From sequence record KY794643.1: a stretch of DNA of 64,000 bases; one strand, given 5' to 3'. Under the pieces are notes generated by a model, which did not search any database, was not told the DNA's origin, and worked only from the letters and a program-made list of their open reading frames with translations. Each line of letters starts with the position of its first letter. Position 1 is the stretch's first letter. This stretch comes from Staphylococcus phage vB_Sau_S24. Below are positions 59,352 to 64,000 of the stretch, one piece after another. A program made the position numbers and the translations under genes.

Positions 59352-60401
59352 ATGGATATTACACAAAAGGTAAAACAACATAATAAAAATGCAGTATTAA
59401 AAGCAACAAACTGGAATATTGAAGATGACGGGATGTCTGATATTTATTGGGAGCAAGGAATCTCCCAATTTTGGACTCCTGAAGAGTTTGATGTATCAAG
59501 AGATTTAAGTTCTTGGAACAGTTTAACTGAGAGTGAAAAGAACACTTATAAGAAAGTCCTTGCAGGGCTCACAGGGCTCGATACAAAGCAAGGAGGGGAA
59601 GGTATGAACTTAGTATCCTATCATGAACCGAGACCTAAATACCAGGCTGTATTTGCGTTTATGGGAGGTATGGAAGAGATACACGCCAAATCTTATAGTC
59701 ATATCTTTACAACATTACTAAATAATAAAGAAACAAGTTATTTGTTAGATACTTGGGTTGAAGAAAATGACTTCTTAAAAGTAAAAGCTCAGTTTATTGG
59801 TTACTACTATGACCAGTTACTAAAACCTAATCCTACAGTATTCGATAGATATATGGCTAAAGTAGCTAGTGCCTTCTTAGAAAGTGCATTATTCTATTCA
59901 GGATTTTATTACCCATTACTTCTTGCAGGTAGAGGTCAGATGACACAATCAGGAGCTATCATTTATAAGATTACCCAAGATGAAGCTTATCATGGTTCAG
60001 CAGTAGGATTAACAGCTCAGTATGATTACAATCTTTTAACAGAACAAGAGAAAAAACTAGCAGACAGAGAAACTTATGAATTATTAAATATTCTTTACAC
60101 TAATGAAGTAGCGTATACACATAGCCTATATGACCCATTAGAATTAAGTGAAGATGTAATTAACTATGTTCAGTATAACTTTAACAGAGCCCTCCAAAAC
60201 TTAGGTAGAGAAGACTACTTTAACCCTGAACCTTATAACCCTATTGTAGAAAATCAAACTAATGTAGATAGATTACGAAACGTTGATTTCTTTAGTGGTA
60301 AGGCAGACTATGAAAAATCTACAAATATTAAAGATATTAAAGATGAAGATTTCTCATTCTCAGAAAGTAAGGAATATAGTACTGCTAAGGAATTCCTATA
60401 A
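59352..60401 (+). CDS. nrdF: ribonucleotide reductase class Ib beta subunit
   Basis: The ATG at 59352 follows the RBS aaaggaaa (the track starts at 59313 inside nrdE). It has the di-iron ligand region EEIHAKSYS and a ferritin-like fold. Confidence 0.75.
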   Translation: MDITQKVKQHNKNAVLKATNWNIEDDGMSDIYWEQGISQFWTPEEFDVSRDLSSWNSLTESEKNTYKKVLAGLTGLDTKQGGEGMNLVSYHEPRPKYQAVFAFMGGMEEIHAKSYSHIFTTLLNNKETSYLLDTWVEENDFLKVKAQFIGYYYDQLLKPNPTVFDRYMAKVASAFLESALFYSGFYYPLLLAGRGQMTQSGAIIYKITQDEAYHGSAVGLTAQYDYNLLTEQEKKLADRETYELLNILYTNEVAYTHSLYDPLELSEDVINYVQYNFNRALQNLGREDYFNPEPYNPIVENQTNVDRLRNVDFFSGKADYEKSTNIKDIKDEDFSFSESKEYSTAKEFL

Positions 60402-60418
60402 AAAGGAGAAAAGATATT

Positions 60419-60748
60419 ATGGATAGAAAAGAAGCAATGGATTTATTAAGCAAAACAGAAACACTATTTAAAAAACATGATGAGTTTTCATGTGTAAGTG
60501 ATATCAATGACCCTATGAAGTTATTCAGCAACTCTAAAGATGCTAAAGCTGATGACACTTCTAAGTCATTTCAGTTAGAGTTTATGCATGATATGACGAT
60601 GTATACTTTATCCTACGGCTCAGGTCAATTAAAACTTATTGACCTAGCAGAAGGTTATGAAGCACAAAAAGCAACAGTAGTTAACTCATTTCCCGAAATT
60701 ATTAAAACATTAGAAAAGGATGATTCAGAAGATGGAAAAAATGAATAG
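60419..60748 (+). CDS. hypothetical protein
   Basis: 109-aa ORF with the RBS aaaaggagaaaag. Confidence 0.45.
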   Translation: MDRKEAMDLLSKTETLFKKHDEFSCVSDINDPMKLFSNSKDAKADDTSKSFQLEFMHDMTMYTLSYGSGQLKLIDLAEGYEAQKATVVNSFPEIIKTLEKDDSEDGKNE

Positions 60749-61052
60749 TTTAGTAGACTTAAATACAGCAATTAGACAAAAGAAAGATGTTATTGTAATG
60801 ATTACTCAAGATAATTGTGGTAAATGTGAAATTTTAAAAAGTGTAATCCCTATGTTCCAAGACTCAGGAGATATCAGTAAACCTATCTTGACACTTAACT
60901 TAGATGCGGAAGATGTCGATAGAGAGAAAGCAGTTAAGCTTTTTGATATTATGAGTACTCCAGTGTTAATAGGTTATAAAGATGGTCAATTAGCTAAGAA
61001 ATATGAAGACCAAGTTACACCAATGCAATTACAAGAATTAGAGTCACTTTAA
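60720..61052 (+). CDS. thioredoxin/glutaredoxin-like protein
   Basis: 110-aa ORF with the CxxC motif DNCGKCEILK and a thioredoxin-fold length. It is adjacent to the RNR genes. The start codon is ambiguous among 60720, 60732 and 60741. Confidence 0.55.
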   Translation: MIQKMEKMNSLVDLNTAIRQKKDVIVMITQDNCGKCEILKSVIPMFQDSGDISKPILTLNLDAEDVDREKAVKLFDIMSTPVLIGYKDGQLAKKYEDQVTPMQLQELESL

Positions 61053-61053
61053 T

Positions 61054-61082
61054 TTGGAATTTCCTGCTATCTGTGCTATACT
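61054..61082 (+). promoter_or_regulatory. candidate promoter
   Basis: TTGGAA, 17-nt spacer, then TGcTATACT, with TATAAT overlapping. Confidence 0.45.
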
Positions 61083-61259
61083 ATAATAGTACAAGGTAGT
61101 AGGATTTTTTTAATGAGAGGAAGATGACATATCGCAAAGAATAAAACATTAACGATATATAATAGTGATAGGTATTTTAATATACACACAAAAGATAAAG
61201 ATAAAATTAATGAGGCTATTAAAGTCACACACGGTAATGAAGAAGAAATTGAAAAGAAT

Positions 61260-61856
61260 ATGAATGAGTTAATATCTAAGTCTAGACGATACATCATGAG
61301 AGATGAAAATCATTATATGTTATTTAATGAGAAATACAATAATGATAGACTTATAGAGAAGGTATGTAAGCATGGCGGTAAAATTACATACTATACAGAT
61401 TCAGTATTACCTTATTATGTATTAAAGGACTTATCTAGTCATCCTGATTCAGAAGTTGTTTATCGTATGCGTAACGGTTTTACTCCAAAAGAAGTAGATA
61501 ATATAGCGTTATCATTTATGGGAACAAAAGTTATTATTGATATTTCTGTGGTATTTCCTTATGTAAACCCTTATGATATTATCAGAAGTTTACACGATAT
61601 TAAAACAAACGTAGATGAAGTTCATTTATCATTCCCACGTATATTAGAAGTAGATGAAAAGCAAGAAAAATTCTATTTCTTTGATGGAGAAGCTTATGAT
61701 TTAAAACCTGAATATAAAGTAGACTTTGCAGATAAAATTAGAGTATCCTTATCAGTATGGAAAATGTATATCTATATCTTAACAAGTAGCCATGATTTTG
61801 AAGATGTAGACGATGTAATTACGAAACTAAAACAACAAAGAAAGATTAAGATATAA
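61260..61856 (+). CDS. hypothetical protein (the start may lie further upstream; see findings)
   Basis: 198-aa ORF from the ATG at 61260. The same frame is open and protein-like back to a TGA at 61125-61127, just after an RBS-preceded ATG at 61113. Confidence 0.45.
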   Translation: MNELISKSRRYIMRDENHYMLFNEKYNNDRLIEKVCKHGGKITYYTDSVLPYYVLKDLSSHPDSEVVYRMRNGFTPKEVDNIALSFMGTKVIIDISVVFPYVNPYDIIRSLHDIKTNVDEVHLSFPRILEVDEKQEKFYFFDGEAYDLKPEYKVDFADKIRVSLSVWKMYIYILTSSHDFEDVDDVITKLKQQRKIKI

Positions 61857-61865
61857 GGTGATTAT

Positions 61866-62171
61866 ATGAGTACAGCAAATAGAAGAGATATAGCAAGGAA
61901 AATATCAGAGAATACAGGGTATTATATACAAGATGTAGAAGAAATACTAAGTGCAGAGACAGATGCTATTTCAGATTTATTAGAAGAAGGGTATACTAAA
62001 GTAAAGAACCATAAGTTTCTGCAAATAGAGGTTATTGAAAGAAAAGGTAAAAAAGCTTGGGATGGGCTGAATAAAGAATATTTCCATTTACCTAATAGAA
62101 AAGCTATAAAATTTAAACCACTGAAAGAATTAGAAGAGGTTATTAATAGACTTAATGAAGAAGAGAAATAA
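61866..62171 (+). CDS. HU/IHF-family DNA-binding protein
   Basis: 101-aa ORF. Its length and pattern (basic N-terminal helix, beta-arm R.K..G.....K....P..K) fit the HU/IHF fold. Confidence 0.6.
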   Translation: MSTANRRDIARKISENTGYYIQDVEEILSAETDAISDLLEEGYTKVKNHKFLQIEVIERKGKKAWDGLNKEYFHLPNRKAIKFKPLKELEEVINRLNEEEK

Positions 62172-62189
62172 TTCTCTTCTTTTTTTATT
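62160..62189 (+). terminator. intrinsic terminator with the stop codon in its loop
   Basis: GAAGAGAA / TTCTCTTC stem with loop ataa, followed by TTTTTTTATT. Confidence 0.6.
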
Positions 62190-62216
62190 GACACGGTTTA
62201 AAATATATGGTATAGT
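62188..62216 (+). promoter_or_regulatory. sigma-A-type promoter upstream of the polymerase gene
   Basis: TTGACA, 17-nt spacer, then TGGTATAGT, followed by the RBS aaaaggagagg. Confidence 0.55.
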
Positions 62217-62246
62217 ATTATTAAGTTAAAAAAGGAGAGGAACTAA

Positions 62247-64000
62247 ATGAAAGTATTAATCTTATTCGACCACATTAGAGAAGAACACTTTTCTGTAAGT
62301 AAAGATGGAAGTGTGAAATCCAATGTATTAAATACACCTAACGGAAAAACACTTAAGAAGTTACTTGAGAAGTGTTCTAATTTAAAGAGAGATAAAACAA
62401 ATAGAGACTACGATATTGATTTTCTTTATAATGCAGTACCTACACCTATTCGAAATGATTATGGTAAGATTATTAAATATCAAGATGTTAAGCAAGCAGA
62501 AGTAAAACCATACTATGAAAGAATGAATAACCTTATTATTGATAATGCTTATGATATGATTATTCCTGTAGGTAAATTAGGAGTTAAATACTTATTAAAT
62601 GTTACAGCTATCGGTAAAGTAAGAGGAGTACCGAGTAAAGTAACAGTTGAAAATGAAACATCTTCTCATGATGTATGGGTATTACCTACGTATAGTATTG
62701 AGTACACTAATGTAAATAAAAATAGTGAACGTCACGTTGTATCAGACTTACAAACAGTAGGTAAGTTTGTAGAGCAAGGAGAAGAAGCCTTTAAACCTAA
62801 AGAAGTATCCTATGAATTAGTAGATAACATTGAAAGAGTTAGAGAAATATTTACTAAGGAAGTAACGAATGATAACTATGACGGTGTAGATATCACTGCA
62901 TGGGACTTAGAGACTAACTCATTGAAACCTGATAAAGAAGGAAGTAAACCTTTAGTATTATCCCTATCATGGAGAAATGGTCAAGGCGTAACTATACCTC
63001 TATACAAATCAGACTTTAATTGGGAAAATGGTCAAGATGATATTGATGAAGTATTAGAGTTGTTTAAGAATTGGTTAGCTAGCAAAGAAGATATTAAGGT
63101 AGCACACAACGGTAAATATGATATTAAATTCTTAATGAGTACTGAGAACTTTAAAGATTTTGAGAGTATTCAAGATACTAAAGTAGGTTGGTACTTAGCT
63201 GTAACACAAGAAGTTAAAGAGTCACTAAGGTTATCTGATTTGGCTTATGAGGTAACAGATGTTGGAGGTTATGATAAACCATTAGAAGACTTTAAATTAT
63301 GGTTTGTTACTAAGTTATTAAGATTTTTCTCTGATAAAATTAAAGAAATACAAAAAGAGAATAAAAAGGTTGCTAAGAAAGAATATGACATTAAAGCCCC
63401 TGAATACAAAGAGTGGCTAGAGACTAAATTAAATGAAACAGAAGTAGAATTAGATGATACTGAGAAGAAATTTAGAGTTAGTGAATTAGAGAAAAAATAC
63501 ATTCAGCTAGGTCTTTCACCTGAAATTGTAAATATGAATTTAGTTATGGATAATGATGAATTTATAAGTATTGCAGAACAATCACCTGAATATATGGGAT
63601 TATCTAATGAAGCTAAGTCTTACACACTAAATACTGCAATTGATTTAATTAATAAGTATAGAGATGTAAAAGATGTAGTGAATGATATTGACGGAGGTAA
63701 CTTTAACTATGATTGGTTCCCTATTGAATTAATGCATCCGTATGCATCAGGAGATACAGATGTATGTAGAAGAATTCATTGTGATGTAGTTAAGAAATTA
63801 GAAGAACAAGATAGACCTAAGTCCATGCATTTATTAGAAGTTAATTATCCTAGATTAACTAAATCACTAGCTAGAATTGAATCAAATGGTTTATACTGTG
63901 ACTTAGATTATATGAAAGAAAATGATGAGTCATATGAGTCTGAGATGGCTAAGAACCACGCTACAATGAGAGAACATTGGGCTGTTAAAGAGTTTGAAGA
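62247..64000 (+). CDS. DNA polymerase (family A, N-terminal 3'-5' exonuclease); 5' portion only, continues past the window
   Basis: The frame stays open from the ATG at 62247 to the window end (no stop). Exo motifs seen: DITAWDLETNSL (Exo I), VAHNGKYDIKFL (Exo II), YASGDTDV (Exo III). Confidence 0.7.
   Translation, partial: MKVLILFDHIREEHFSVSKDGSVKSNVLNTPNGKTLKKLLEKCSNLKRDKTNRDYDIDFLYNAVPTPIRNDYGKIIKYQDVKQAEVKPYYERMNNLIIDNAYDMIIPVGKLGVKYLLNVTAIGKVRGVPSKVTVENETSSHDVWVLPTYSIEYTNVNKNSERHVVSDLQTVGKFVEQGEEAFKPKEVSYELVDNIERVREIFTKEVTNDNYDGVDITAWDLETNSLKPDKEGSKPLVLSLSWRNGQGVTIPLYKSDFNWENGQDDIDEVLELFKNWLASKEDIKVAHNGKYDIKFLMSTENFKDFESIQDTKVGWYLAVTQEVKESLRLSDLAYEVTDVGGYDKPLEDFKLWFVTKLLRFFSDKIKEIQKENKKVAKKEYDIKAPEYKEWLETKLNETEVELDDTEKKFRVSELEKKYIQLGLSPEIVNMNLVMDNDEFISIAEQSPEYMGLSNEAKSYTLNTAIDLINKYRDVKDVVNDIDGGNFNYDWFPIELMHPYASGDTDVCRRIHCDVVKKLEEQDRPKSMHLLEVNYPRLTKSLARIESNGLYCDLDYMKENDESYESEMAKNHATMREHWAVKEFE

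Overview
This AT-rich window (~30% GC) is a contiguous stretch of a large virulent myovirus genome with every credible gene on the + strand. Gene content and order are: large terminase, portal, prohead protease, major capsid protein, head-tail proteins, tail sheath, tail tube, small ORFs, a tape-measure protein carrying a lytic-transglycosylase domain, a CHAP-domain tail lysin, an NlpC/P60-like protein, a baseplate protein with a glycerophosphodiester phosphodiesterase domain, gp25/W-like and J-like baseplate proteins, very large tail-fibre/adsorption proteins, two receptor-binding proteins with a chaperone between them, an SF2 helicase, a Rep-like protein, a DnaB-like helicase, an SbcD/SbcC nuclease pair, a 198-aa protein, a primase, a RecU/Hjc-like nuclease, NrdI-NrdE-NrdF, a thioredoxin-like protein, an HU/IHF-like protein, and the 5' end of a family A DNA polymerase. 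This matches from memory the Twort-like staphylococcal phages (Kayvirus-like, e.g. phage K/G1, Herelleviridae); that is an inference from motifs and synteny and has not been checked against a database. The operons are punctuated by host sigma-A-type promoters with an extended -10 (TTGACA-N17-TGnTATACT) and hairpin plus T-run terminators. I found no CRISPR arrays, tRNAs, integrase or transposase. The one mobile-element-like feature is a free-standing homing-endonuclease-like gene between the tail tube gene and the downstream small ORFs. Observations worth follow-up: an in-frame TGA separating a 4-codon RBS-preceded start from a protein-like frame that continues into the 61260 gene; a motif shared by the protease C-terminus and capsid N-terminus; a candidate anti-sigma factor; several virion-associated cell-wall hydrolase domains; a repeat-rich membrane protein; and structured intergenic RNA elements. 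The minus-strand ORFs in the track all lie inside longer + strand genes and are treated as spurious. Track coordinates near 5340-5360 did not agree with my hand count by 1 nt; I used the track coordinates.
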